Of a DNA stretch of 64,000 nt, positions 23,452 to 38,047 are shown one piece after another (the stretch's first letter is position 1; each line of letters begins with the position of its first letter). Source of the stretch: Balanoglossus misakiensis (lineage: Eukaryota > Animalia > Hemichordata); the NCBI GenBank assembly GCA_040954595.2, contig CM082582.2, positions 13,698,054 through 13,762,053 of the forward strand, in the 5' to 3' direction. The notes under the pieces were generated by a model, which was given only the letters and a program-made list of their open reading frames with translations, was not told where the DNA came from and did no database searches. The translations under genes were made by a program, and so were the position numbers.

Positions 23452-26391
23452 TAGTAGCGGGCCTCAAAATTTGAAAAAAACATATGGGTGGCAGTCAGCA
23501 ATAGTTTGTGTGGTGTGAGCATAACCCATCATTGGCAATGTTGTCTGCTAGGCCAACTTTTAGTAGGAATGTTGTCCCAGAAGAATTCCCCATAGGTCAT
23601 GGATGACAACAAATGTGGTGTAGGTGTTGTTTTGGGGTTTAAGGTGTGCGTTGCTTATGTCTTAACCAAGATGCCTTGTGCTTTACAGTTTGATTTGGTA
23701 TACAACTTAGTTTAGACACCTGAAAATAATGTGAAGGTATAGTGAGCCCTCTAGCAAATGCGTTTTTGGTAACGTAGAGGCAGTATGAAGCAATATGAAG
23801 TTTCTTTGCATCAGTCCTTGACGAGATGTTTACAAGAGAATTGTTTGCATCATGAAAGATTTTGATAATGGTTAATGTCACGTCATATTTACTTAGAGGG
23901 CACACTCTATCGATACACGTACATCAATATGTTAGTAAAAACTGCCAAACAAGAAACAAATTGTCGCTCTTCTCCTTAATGTTAAAATAGTTGGCTTTGG
24001 TCTACAACTTTCAAGTCTGGTGAATCCATTTTTTGAATGTGTATTTCAATCCCAACTTTAGAGATGACTATTCCAATAACATTGACCCTTCTGCCACCCC
24101 CCATATCAGCACACTTGGGATCAACCGTAGCACTGCAAACAATAAGGACAGACCAATCATGGACAATTAACGGGTGAAACTGATTGATGTGTTCTGTTTG
24201 AAATTGTCGTGTTCAGTATCCTCTGTCACTTTGACATGCAATTATCAAATTCACCTGAACTGGTGTGTGAATAATGTTCTACTGTTCTGTCCTCTTTTTG
24301 GACTATCTCTTCTGAGAGACTGACTACTCCAAGAGAACTTTCAAAATCTCTTGACATTCCAAGTCTGATGCAACAGTAGAATCTAAAAATTCGAACTCAT
24401 CGAATCCATGGTAACAAATGACAAGACAAAAGCAGATTTGTTTTCTGCTTTGATGTAAATGAAAAGTAAAAGATGTAAAATGAAATTTTCTTGAAGCATA
24501 TATTTTTTGTCCAGCACGGTTGATTACCATTAATTCCAGAAAGCTGACAAATTTACACTGTTTCATCATTTGCTTTTGAAATAAAAACACAGACATGATT
24601 GTCTTTCTTTATTATTTTTTATGTTCCCAATCAATTATTAGCTACAATTTATGGGTTTATCTTAAATGTATTATGAAATTATTGATTTGTAGAAAATTCT
24701 GATAAAATGGTGGCCAATAATAGTTTAACTGAAAAAATGTCCAAAGTTTAATATGGCTACTGCCCCTGTAAGACAGCTGCGTGCCTAACTCTAATGCAGA
24801 TTGTCAGATACTGCCAGGAATACAAGACAACCTCGGCAGGAAATTTTGCATGACATTCTGCCACGGAAAAGGTTTTCAATTTAAGTAAGATGTTGTGTGC
24901 TGGCGACCTAAACCATCTGGGTTACATCCTGAGCAATATCTGCAAAAGCACAGTTAAAGTATAATACGAAAGATAAATCAACTCCCAGAAGGTTTAATGC
25001 AATACTCAGAGAAGTGTGGGAAACTAGACAGACTGGTGCTATGTAAAGCTGGCAGACAAATCCAGGGTTTTGAAGATGACATCACCGCCACAGATCAGAC
25101 GAGACATATCATTGACTTTATGGAAACATGGGACAGATTTCCATTATTAGTCAGAGAGGTCAGAACAGTTTGTCATGTTGCAAGAGATCTAACATGTAGG
25201 CATTGAGTCTTACTAAGTGTCAGTGATTATGTGTTGCAGATTATCATTTGCATACGCTAGAAACATAGATAGAATTAGTACCTAGGAATTCAACACAAAT
25301 CAGGAAAGACGACAGAACAGACACAGCAAGCAAGGAAACTTTGATATTAATAGTTTCCCACTTCATGCTTTACTGATTTATAAGGCTGGTTTCTTAGAAA
25401 TCCTGCTGGTATTATGCAGAAGAGCTAGTGTTCTCCTCGGCATTTTATAGCCAGAATCTCTTTTTTTCTTAGTTCGCCATGCTTGAGGCCTTCTGTCTCG
25501 ATTCCTGTCTGGCTGCGTTAGAGAAGGCTAATGACCTTGTCAGGTCAGATGTCATGACCTTGGACAGGGTTCCATATGCAAGAAAGCAAGCCCCTGAGAG
25601 AGATGGTAAGCTGTTGTGTTCTGTGCAATGTGTGCTATAGCCATGACTTGGAGAAGCTGGATAGGTTTTTCAGAAAGATTGGTGCAGGCTGCGCAATTAG
25701 AAAAATGAGTTGTAGAGATCTTCAAAAGCTTTAAGCATAGTGGATGAGTACAGTGTTTGTTGACTGTTTGAGTTGTGGTTTTGTTAACAACAGTTGTGGT
25801 TTGCCACATCAGTAGCTGGGTCATAAATAAGGAGCAGTTTAATTGGCCGCAGAGTCCTGCGTTTTGCCATGTAAACCGATAGCTTAGAATGTTCTGTGGT
25901 TTGCTTGGTTTTGAAGGATTTGAAATATTTTTCCAGTTTTCCTCATTTACAATGGTATAAGTTTGTGTTGACTTGTTGATTGTCCCACAATATTTGAGCC
26001 TTGGTGCAAATATTACAGCAGTCATAATTAGACATTCATGTCGTCATTTTATGAGGTCTTGGTACGCGATGCATGTGCTGTGTTTGTACAAAGAATCCAA
26101 GAATATATTTATAAAAATGATGCTTGGGTTATTTAAGCCTAGTAAATTGTTAGTGCACCGTTTCCCCCAGTGCAAGGACATATTGCATCATGACATTTAC
26201 CATTTATGATAATCGCAGTTTATTTGTTAATTGAATTTTTGGGGGTTAATATGTTTACCTATCAAAAGTTTGGCTATGGTCTGTTTGGATGTATATTGTG
26301 TACCGTGCAAATTTTCCCAACACACTCAGACATGTGTTATATTCGTTTTAACTGACATATTTGCTGTTTTCTTCACTATTCTAGCTGTTAA

Positions 26392-26578
26392 AGGAATACA
26401 ATGACATCTAATTTACATATGCCCATATATGGCAAGGAGGGCGTGTCAGAGTCTTCAAATGACCATAATGACCCTTTGTTTTGCATGGCCACCCACTGAA
26501 AATCTGTGATTGGCTGGATCTGAACTTTCCATGATAACTTTGGCTAAATTTGCATGGTTGACCGTATACTTTGTACCT
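26392..26578 (+). mobile_element. Second copy of the 190-bp TTAA-flanked MITE
   Basis: TTAA-AGGAATAC at the start and CCT-TTAA at the end; colinear similarity with 13683-13871. Confidence 0.7.
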
Positions 26579-29500
26579 TTAATTGCTTATTAGCATATCC
26601 TCTCACTTTATAATACGGTAGAATAATGTATGTTTTACTGATTTAATGTCGACTTTGTCCTTCTTCCAATGCTGGTGGTGTATTAAGTACCATCATAGTC
26701 TGCTAAGAGAGGACATTTTCTTTGTTTCCCAGCTGTCACTGTCATATAAATAGCGTCTGCCCTATAATCTATTACAATATACACGCACATACGTGCAGTT
26801 TGTTCAGGCCATCATGTCTGGCACTGCTTACAGTTGTTGTGTGAATTGTCACCCATGTCAAACTACAACTGGCCAGGGTACTCAAATCCTCTCCAAAGGC
26901 ACAAAAAAGACCCTGCCAACTGGGCTTCCTTGTCAAGCATGTTATTTTCTTTTCGGAAATACGTAAAATATGTTCTAGTAAATTACAAAGCTTTTAAAGC
27001 TCATGCAAAGAATTCAGTTTTTTTTTTACTGTGACCCTGTCAGGTCACTGTTTGAAAATGGAGGCCTTTGAAGATTTCAAGACAGCCAAGTAAAAAGCTG
27101 TGTATGTGTTCTAAATGGTTACTAGTGTCAGATACATGCTGTTTACGCTTTGATGTGTTTGTCGAGTAACACAAAGTCAGACAGATAATTTATGACACAG
27201 TATAACTCCTGGATTTTTCTGATAACCAATGACGTCACTCAGTAAGTTTAAACTTAACTACGAACAAACATATTTACTTGGTTGAATATTGCGCTATAAA
27301 AACTCATCTTACAAAAACCTCTAACCCCCCCCCCCCCCACACACACATCTAACACAATTACCACTTTTACCATGACATGTCCCCAACCCTGCTACTTTCA
27401 AGGCAATCTTTTACTGTAAAATTCACTACTGAATTTGTTTTGACGAAGTAAACTAACATGGAATTTCAAACCAATCATAAGGACATTTTAGTTTACATGG
27501 CATACATACTATAAATTTACTGAATACTGCAGGTATGACCTTTTACCATCATTGCTTAGCATCTACATGTATATCCTAATGGTTTACCTGTTTATAATTT
27601 TTCGAAAGTCACATATTGCGTTTCGTAAAAACAAATTAACCAAAGTAAGTTTGCTGGTTATTTTTAAAATTCAGTGATGTTTGAAACATTGCAGGATACC
27701 GATAGCTACATAATGAAAGCTGGCAAAATTGTTTGGAGAGCTAGACATGTTGAAAGAATGACCAGTTTGTGTCTGGGTCATCAAATGGAAGAAAATCAAG
27801 TGATACAATGCAGTTGCATGCTCCCTTCTTGACATGCAGCGCACATTTGCAGGCTTGACTCTATTATTAAGCTTGGAATATTTATTTGCAGAAATGCATA
27901 TGTACTCTGATTAGATGTTAGTCTGGGGAGAGACGGTCGACGTTCTTCAATAATTCAACTCATGAGTTGATTTGATGTACCAGTTCAGTGATTTATCTAT
28001 GTTAAAAACTTAACGACAGCAATTTATGTTGTCACAAAAGCAACATTCCAAGTTCTTTCAAGAAAAGTAACATAAAACATCTGATTTAGGTCTTAAATGG
28101 TAAGTTAACGTTTTTTTGTCTCTATTTTTACATTACATGAACATGCTGAGGGCTTGACATAGCAACGCTAGCATATGGAAAATTTAATTCATAAATTACG
28201 TGTTGGAGTGAATGCCCAATCTCTTCTGTTGCTGTTTGAGAATGTTAAATCAAGCTCCAAAATCATGACTGCTGAACAGGAACATTCTCAGAGATACTCC
28301 ATGATAGGATACAGTGCGTGCTTGAGAGCTGGAAACTTGTGAATTCTGTTTTTCCCCGTAACACAAAAGTGTCCCCATGCTCAGTGCGGCACTTTTCATG
28401 TCCTACCAAAGAAACAAATTAATTGGTTTTCAACTGGTAATATGTCTGCTTAATGGTGCTAGTCTGTGCAGTCAGCCCTGCCTTGATTTCAAGCAAATAT
28501 TCAATGTTAAGTAAGTGCAACTTTACTTCTTTGGAAACTTGTTAGCGGGAGTCGAATGCGTACAAAAAGACCCAGATCCTGCTATCGACTGCCGCATAAA
28601 AAGGTCTGGTGAGTCATCAGTTCAGTTTGTCTGCACTGCGATGTTCTTAACACTTTTATTATATGCTGTCTGGCTCAGCTTATTGAGGCCTAGTTTAGCA
28701 AATTCAGTAATACTGGGCATGCATAGACATACTGCGTTCTGACCTGTCCAGCATGGTACAATACGGAGCTACCCTTTGCCCTTATTCTGTCTATCTTTGG
28801 TCTGTCTGTCTGTAGCGTTGAATTATTGCTCGACGTGTCCAAGTAATTTTCTTTTTGTATCTAGCCAGGGTGAATCGGCCCTGTCAGTGGAAGGCAGACT
28901 GTCTTGTAGTGATATCTAGGACAGACATCATTAAATTAGGTCCTACTCGACATCATAAATTGCTTCCATTCATGTTGGCCATGATGTGTGAAGGGTAACA
29001 TTGATTGAGAAATATGAGAGCACAAAGGGAGAAGATTAAAAAAAACAAGAATATGCTGAAGCTATAATTAGTCTTTCTTCGTGGAGCATTGCTTTGTCGC
29101 TGGCATTTTAGGATTTCTTTTCAGAGCGCATCATGTAAATAAAAAATTGTATGTGAAATAAAAGCAAGAAGGGTCAAGATTTTCTGTTCGTTGCTTTGAG
29201 TGTTTTCTATCAATAAAGATGAGTTCCCGGTTTTAAAAAAGAATACAAGTAATTTGTTAAAAAATTGGTTTCTAGGTATTTATACAAAGAATGTCTTTAC
29301 TCTCTGATGTGTTGCTGTAATTTTTCATCTGCATGTATTATATGTCTGGTTGTTAAATACCAAAACATGAAGGCTGCAATTTATCATTTTGACTTGCAAA
29401 AGAAGAGTGCGTACATCAGAAACCATTTGCTTCAGGAGCAGTAATTCAACATGGTCTCTAGATTTGAGTTAATAAAAAGATGGAGGTATTGCTACAGAGA

Positions 29501-32500
29501 AATGTGCATATTTCCAAGAACTCAGAAAACAGATCATTCGAAGATGTCTGTGGTTGGGGGACATTTTCCTGATGTAACTCCATTAATTATGCTATCATCC
29601 TAGAATTTTCCTGCTTTGTCTTGTATCACTGTTGAACTTTTTGACATCCATGAACTGCAAATTGTTTTTTAAAAATTCATCATCCCCTAATAGTAGGTTT
29701 AAATTTTTCACCCTATGGCAAAGCAGTTGTAATTTGGTTTTGGAATTCAACATTTTGTAAGTCCCATCCACTTGTTTTTGAGATCATGTTGTACCTGTTC
29801 ACAATCAAGCATCTGATCTCTCTGTAATCAGCGTATTCTGAGACACATTGGTGGTTAAGTCTTACTTGCCAGCATCCACCCTTCAAATAATGTGATGTAC
29901 CTGTTCAAATAAAACATCATTTAACCATTGTAAAAGTACCAATCCAGCTGACAGGTAGCATCCATTGTATAAATGCAGTGTACCTGTACATTTGTAACTC
30001 TAGGCATTTTCAGTCAAAACTCGCAGTTCTGTCGTTCATCAAGAGATAACCCAAATTCCATCCTTGGTAGCCTTGGCAACAGGTCTGCATATGTTTCTAG
30101 ATGGCAACATTCCATGTATAATCAAATTTAGATTGCATGAATTATTTTTATATCATAAAATGCATGTAAACAGTCAAAACAAAATGTTTAAAAGTAAATT
30201 TTAAGTGATCTGAGTGTTAAGCAGTCATCAGCAAGAGAAAAGTTCTCCAATGTTTTAAAGTTTTCTTCATTCTTGGTATTATCTAAGAAATTTCCTTTTC
30301 ATAGGCTACATACAAGTGGGAAAATTCCAGAACCTTTGCAAGTGTTTAATATTCCTAACCATGCCCTCATTTGCGCAGGGATGAAAAATTGTAATATAAA
30401 ATCATTCCCCACCTACTAGGAATTCTTCATTGATCAAGTTGACATAGTGAAGGGATAAATTCCTCAATGCATTGTGATTCATAGAAGTCATAAAGAAGAT
30501 TCATGAATGCAGTCTTCAAAGATCATAAAAATCACACGCTTTAAAGTTGAATTTCACTGGAAATTACATCAAATGGAACCTAGGTATTGTTATTAGGTTG
30601 ACACAATTGAGGAAATGACTGATAATAAATAATTCTCAGAAGACAGATTGAGATAAAGTTTGAAGGTAAAATATGTCTCCCGGTAATAATATTTGTGAAT
30701 TTCCAACAATGTACTATGAATTCGCTCAGTGATGGGTCTAATTTGTCACCTATAATTCTCAAAATCATGACAAAATAAATTGGCGCTTCTGATACAGTTT
30801 GTGCATTCAAGACCTCTACAGGCATAATGATACGTCTGAAAATCCAGGCTCCATTTGTAGAAAATTCTGGTCACTTCCTAATATAGTTTTTTTTATCTTT
30901 GATAAGAACAGCGATATGTTTTGTAAAATAAAAACGTATTTACTAAAGTACCATGATGTAAAATTTTATTGCGTGAAACAGACTGATCTTTTTTGGCCAT
31001 TGTTCAAACAGCTGCCCAAATCTCTCATGTGAGAATGTTTTGCAAGTTGTTCATGGCGCTTTTTGATGCAGACAGAAGTGAAGACAACTTTTTGTATTAA
31101 TTTTCATCAAGTGTTGTCTGTAACGTGATATGAACCTCAAACCGTTGTCTGTCAGAACAAAACCACTCATGTAGAGTTGCATTCTCTTTTGTCTGTCAGT
31201 GCCAGAGAGAATTTGATCCTACCTACTTTGAAATGACACTGTCCCCTGTGATGTAATCCATTTGGAAAACTAATTCCCCCCCCCCCCTCCCAATTTTGCA
31301 GTATTAGACTTTGCAACAATGCCTACTTTGCTCTAGTGGAGAATATGTAATAGACTTCATCTTTCATTGGGGTTGCTTTTTCTAAAAATTGTCTCATGCA
31401 CTTGAATGATAATATTGCCATCCATGGATGTTCTAAGATTTAATTTTTAAAATTTTATACACCAGTTATGATTGGAACTTTGGCATTCATAACAAACACT
31501 GGGGGAAACAGTGGGGGGGGGGGGAATGTAATTATTGAACATGTCAAAATACAGTATTGTACCGTAACTTCAATATTTCTTACAAACTTGAAAATAGATA
31601 TTGTAATAAACCAAGTGAAAGCATTAGTCACTGGTGTGTTAAAACCCCACTGTTCAATTAGAACAACTGATGTATATAAAACATTAGCCTTATTTTCTTT
31701 GTGAAAATTTTCATATTACTGAAAGCAAGTAATGAATGGAAGTGGCCTGCGGGGAGATCTACCAACAATAAGCTAGACTGAACCCTGCAAGGAAGCAGAG
31801 CAGACAGCCTTCATCTAATGGTTTTTAATTGTTACTTAGCCCAGAGAAGTGTCGTAAATTCAAGGCTTTAAAGCTGTGCCCGATTTTCTCCCCATTACAT
31901 TTCTTTTATTAATCCTAAAGCCGGTACATGTATCTCTAACATTTGGGTATTTTAGAGCGAGATCGCCAGTTTTATTACGGTAATGATCAGATCGATTATC
32001 AACATTTTGTTCTGTTATCCCATTTGTCTTGCATATGTCTGGATAATTTAATTTTGGAATAGTTTTGGCTGGGACTGAGTTTCTCTGTAAGCAGATCTTA
32101 GAATGGTCTTTGTACTGTCTTGGCTCTATGATTAAGAAACTGCATCTTTATCACACTAGACCTATTCGGATTTCAGGATGATGCATATGTTTCTCGTGAA
32201 AAGTAGAAAACATTTGGTTTCACACTCCAAATTTATAGAAAGCATGTGTCTTATGTCACAAGATGAAGATAAATTATGTTAGAATTTGTGGCTATATATT
32301 CCTACACATGACGATATGATGGGTCTTACCCAATGTTTCCAGAAACAGCCAAATGCTGAGGAAATCTGCTCTTTCCATGGTACTTATAGGAAACCTCTTT
32401 GTCCTAGGCTAGCTGGATTAAAGCTATACCCTCTAAAGATGTACCCCAGTCGTAATAATAATTAATCTATGAAAAGAAACTAAAATACACCCCCCCCCAA

Positions 32501-33064
32501 AAAAAAAAAAAAATGAGAAGAGTGAGAAATTGCCCCTTTAAATTCTAATCAGCATCTAAATGTTCATATTATATAACCCATCTGGGGAAATGTACCTGAC
32601 CTTGAAGTCTGATATTAAGATATGGGGAGTCTGTCACTGGAGCTACCATTAAATTTCTTGAAGGTCCCCTCTCCCCCAGGTTACAAGACAAGGTCATCCA
32701 GGACACTTGTTTGACCACAGACGTGGCAGGTTATGAATGCCCTGTTGCTGTGCACATGAGAGTCAGTCTGCATTTTAATTCTTTTATACTGCGCAAACCT
32801 GCACGTTATAAATTAAAAGAGAGACGGGTCACAGGGTGATCCTTCAGCAGAGACGAGATTACAGAATGCTTTGTGTCAGCAAGCCCCATATATGCTGCGT
32901 TTGTTACCCAAGTCACTTATTCTCTGTGTCCAAGAGTTCGCATTTGACAATTGCCATTATGATCCAGTGAGAATTACTGCAGTATGGTTGTGTTTACATA
33001 ATTCTACTGTCTTGGGTAATGTCAGACTTGACTGCAGCAAGGGCACTGAAAATGTAACACTCGT

Positions 33065-33106
33065 GGGTGGTGGTGGTGGTGGTGGTGGTGGTGGGGGGGG
33101 GGGGGG
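33065..33106 (+). repeat. (GGT)n followed by poly-G
   Basis: Directly visible; it explains the poly-Gly in spurious ORF 32871..33134. Confidence 0.9.
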
Positions 33107-36029
33107 TTACTCCCAACAATTGGATGTGCCATAGATGTGCCATCCTTTGGTGTATGATTTTCAGCAGTTTGGTCTAAAAGTGTACAATTCTTTCAGGTTG
33201 TACTCTAAGATGGCATAATTTGATTGTGCACACCCTCTGTTTTTTTAAACTTTTTACCACCTGGGTCAGAGGTACAGATATGTCTAAAAAATTGGCTTGT
33301 AACATACTTTTATGAATGACAGAACAATGACAAGAACCATGGTTTCTACTGGGTGTACAAAGGAAAACATCAGCGGTCCTCCCTGTTTCTTACGTTGATA
33401 AATGGAATCATTACAAAAATGTGTTTATTTGTGTTGGCTTAAATATTCAATACCCTGTTTATAGTGGCTCTGGGAAGTTATGTCTGGGATGAGTCAGAAT
33501 TCTCAGACATGTAAAATTTGAAACATTGAAGAAATGAAATCATGTACATGAATGTTTGGAGAAGGCAGACGGATCAGGTACACCTTTTGTGTCAGAAAAA
33601 GGCGAAGTTGTGAGTGATTGTGTATATCAAGAAGATGTCATGGAGAGGGGTGTGTCATGTGGGTGTGATTTGCATATTGATTGGCTAATCTGCATATTAT
33701 AGTTGGCGTCACCAGTTTTGGTAGTGTTATTTTTCTGAGGCATCTAGATTTTGTAGCTCAGTATAGTTCTCACTGGCTAATGTGAACATTTGATGCATTA
33801 GCCAATAGTAGAGGAGTTGAAGTCACCAGGCACAGGCCTCTTAGCTGGTCTGGTTCATACAGCACGAACCCTCTCTCATAACCTGTGTGTAACCTGGTGT
33901 CTATGACCTGTGAACAGTTGAAGCAGAAAACGTCTTAAGACTGGTTCTTGTTTTTTCCCTCATTTGATATTTGTTTTTTTCGGTCTCAACTCACAGACTT
34001 TGTTCTTGGTCTCAGTTCTCAGTCTGTTTTTGTGTTTTTAGTTTGGGACACAAGTGTTATGTTGCTTGGTATTAGTTACCAGTTGGTTGGCCTTATACAC
34101 CTGGATGACACCAGCATGACTAAAGACCCTCACTGAATTTAAATTAACCATTTTTTCTAATATTTGTGAAGTTTATAGACCTGACAAGCCTTGTAAAAAA
34201 TATCTCTGCAAAGGTCCACAGTGTCTAAAATTTTCTATCAATGTAAGTGATGAAGAGACATGTCATCACATATTGTCTTTCAGATCATACCATCCAGGTG
34301 CTGTAAGTGGTCCAGTCTCGTCAAGTGTGTCTTGTTTGTGATGATTTTTTAGTTTAGAAGGACCATCCAAAGTGTAATTTATCACCAGCGTGGGTGACTG
34401 TGCCATTTTGCCAAGTGCTTCACAGGTTAACTACACGGCGGACAACACATCCCACCAAGTCGTAAATCCATCAGAGACAGGGAACCATTTGGCGACAACA
34501 GGGTGATTTGGTCAATAGAAGAGAAGTGAAGCAAAACCGGGGGCAACACACTGGAGTAGGGTGTTGTTTAATTTAGCTTTACCAAAAGTTGGTGACTGCT
34601 GCATGCCAGAAAAATAATACGTTCGACCCACTTCTGGTCAGGAAAAGGTTGTTAGACCGATGCTGTGGTACTCACGTAGTCGTACATGGTTGACCCTCGC
34701 TTGTACTGCCTTGTTAATGCTATGGTGTTCATTTTCTGAATTTAAGACTCAAGAGTGATGCCGAGAAATAAAATCACCCTAACACCAACACTAGCTCTAC
34801 TGTTGAATGACCAATTGTTTCAACTCGACACATACCGTGTTCATGGGTATAACATGAGAATATGTCTGCAATATTATTTTTGAAACTGACTTAAATTAAA
34901 TAATGGAATGTGTATAAATGTCCATGCGTGGGTTATGAATTATGGGCCATGACAACAGGTCATTGGGCATGTTTCAGTGAGATCAAAACAAAATGCTGGT
35001 AACCAAAATAATGTCGAAAGTTAGTGACTTTGTCCTTTTACCGTACTCTGCTAATTATAGACAAATGTCTCTGATGTTCCTATCACACCACCATACAGAG
35101 TCCTGACATACATGTAAGTTGAGTATAAATTATAAAATGCTTGTACATGCATCTATGTATACCGGTAATGTGAGCAGAAATAGGTCTATTGGACATCTTT
35201 CAGTTGTTTGAAAGTTCTCTTTGGCAGTGTTGAAGGGGATAGTGTTAGTCTGTCAGTCTAGAATTTGTGTTTAATCTTTGCTGTGTTCCAGTTAATCTGA
35301 ATATTACAAATCTCCATCTTTGCTATTGGTATTCACTGATACACATAGTGGATAGATTTCTCTCACAAGACACCAGGCTCTCAGGAAATGCCAACCAGGG
35401 TATTTTATATATTGTGGAGGGATGTGGTGTACACTGGATGTACATAAATATTTAATTAGTTTGACAGGGCTCTTACCTCTGAGTTAGCCAGACTTCTGTA
35501 GACGTGAAAAAATTACTAAGAGCCTCAGAGTAGTCTGCTTTAAGATTAGGATAGACAGTGAGTCGGCCAGGATTCAGGGCACATAAATTATGGACAAGTT
35601 AGAAGCTAAATATGAAAGATGTACAATTGAGAAGCACCCTTAGTTCATGGAGATATAAGACTTGGACTCAATAATGGTGTGTCTGTTGCCCTAGGGCACT
35701 ATACATCAAGGAGGTATCCTGTGACAGAATCAGAGCCTGGCTGATTCTCTGTGGAAAGTTGAAAGAAACTTAAAATGGCTAAGTGGATTAAGTTTTTTGC
35801 CCCAATGTGCCAGAGGCATATACAGAGGAGCTTAAAGCCTGTCATGTTCCAATCATATCTGGCCCCTGTACGTGTCCATGTCTGTGTGTGTATGCCTGTG
35901 GGTACTTTTTGTTGCATTTTAAAGAATGATTTGCCCAGTTCTTGGGAAACTTTGATTGAAAAATAAAGCTTAATGAGTTTGTGACATAGAATTTACAAAA
36001 GTTATGCTTATTCCCAAGTCCCGGAGATA

Positions 36030-36115
36030 TTTAACCCCTTTCAACGAAGGTCAAACCATATTATTGAAAACAATGGGTTTGCTCCAAAAGTTGTTAGTGT
36101 ATTGGGGTGAAAGTG
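36030..36115 (-). mobile_element. Highly degenerate copy of the piggyBac-like mini-MITE
   Basis: ttaacccctttc...gaaaacaatgggtttgctccaaa...ggggtgaaag. Confidence 0.45.
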
Positions 36116-38019
36116 TGTCCAAATTCAGAGCATTCTTACGCACATCGAATTCTTTCGTTTTAAAAGAAGACTAGACTCTATGAAGAATGTAAAGATCAGG
36201 AAGGGTCCTAGTTGTAAACAAATGTGTGATCACACCTTGTATAAGATTTGTTGTAATTCATTGATACAGTTTTGATCAATCAGAAGTCACTTTGTGAAGC
36301 AAGCAAAAAAATATAAATGCATGAGGCGACTTTGTGTTGTGAATTCAATCATTTATTCCATAACCCCTTGAACTTGAGAAAAAATTACAAGGCTTTTGTA
36401 GTTGCAGGCTACATATGACGCTATGATCGAATAGTCATTGAGATTCTCTTCCCAAGTGTAAAGGTGATCCTTACACCAATGCATCTTGCCCTGTATCTTC
36501 TTTACTCTGTGAAAAATTTACAGCCCCCAGTTGATGGGATCGCATAGTGTAGCGCCATTACACTCAGGTGCCCTGTCAAAGTCTGCCATCCCAATCCAAA
36601 ATTTATGGTCTCTAAATGAAAAGAGATTCAAACCGAGCAGAGCCACTCTGATCACTTCAGTGCTCGTCTAATCTGCTATCCTGCAAATTAAATTTCAAAG
36701 AAAAATGGTTCCGTGCAATCATGTTCTTTGTCCTCAAAATGCACTCGCTTGATTGCAGACTTTATAGACTCAACTAGAAGAGTGAAATATTAGCATTATC
36801 TCATACAAATTGGGTGGTTTTATTTTAAATTATCAGCCCTGAAATCTCAATCCTAGTTTATAGTGTTTTTGAACTACCAAAGATGGTGAGTAAATAATTT
36901 CTGCAGACAATAATTGGTCAAATCTATATAGAGTGGTCAGTTCACTTGATTTTTTATGTTACATATAAAACATGTAAAATGGAAGTTTTGTATATCATAA
37001 TTATGATGTACGTGTACATGTTGGTGATTTTATTATTAGCATAATACATGGTTGTCATGACCACCTGTAGAGACAGCATTTTTGAGTGCTGGTGGAAAAT
37101 AGTTCATCAACATTTCTATTCCAGGTTAATGAGTAAACAGTGGTTTCAAATCCTCAGGTCTCCTTGGAATGCTTTAGAGTGCGGAACATGATGAGGGAAG
37201 TGAGATGTTTGCTTTACGAAGAAAATTAAATACTATTTTCTTATACAGGTCTTGAAGAGCAGTTACATATAAAACTTCACACATTATTTTGTCTGGTCAC
37301 TCTATCAGCTTTTACCATCCCCTCACTCTGTGGCACTGACATGAACAGCAAACAGCACATTTGTAACATCCAGAAGAATTTCAGAAGATACAGTCTCACT
37401 ACCACGATACAGTCTGGCTGTGTGTTATTTACCTGCATTTCCAACGGTCAAAGATTAATTTTATGCGGCACGTAGACAGTATTGATGAATTAATAATTAG
37501 ACTCTTCTGACCTGTGTCTGTCTCTTACATAAGTTTATATTTTCCAAATCGTATATGATTGGCTGTGGTTTGCGACCTACATTTTATCTACTCAGAGGGC
37601 AAAAAGGGCAAGTTGGTATTTGTTGAGTGGTATGTACGAAACAACACATGAGTACTGTTCCGACTGTACATGTAAGCATGATTTCCACTTTATTGGTTGT
37701 TTTGTCTGCGGTCTTTGAGTAATGACAAATGTTTGCCTGTTGTTGCCAGTGTGGAGGCTTCAATGATGGTGAAGAAATTTGTAAATTGTCCATCCACAGC
37801 TTGGCTGGATTGTAAACAAGATGAAAACAAGCACATAATGGCTTCTGTGAGCCAGACGTTGGTGTACATGATGATATGCCGCTTTCATTGTGCAGATCGC
37901 GCTTGCTGATACAGTCACATAGCCATATATATCTTGCGTTCTAGAGTTGGTTTAAAACATATATCTAGAGTGTCAGGGACTGGCTTCTATGAATTTGTAG
38001 GAATGTGTGCGTGCACGGT

Positions 38020-38047
38020 TGTGTGTGTGTGTGTGTGTTTGTGTGTG
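38020..38047 (+). repeat. (GT)n microsatellite
   Basis: Directly visible, one interruption. Confidence 0.9.

Noticed and set aside
25552-26025. 157-aa minus-strand ORF
   Set aside because: No domain similarity recognised and no supporting splice or promoter signals.
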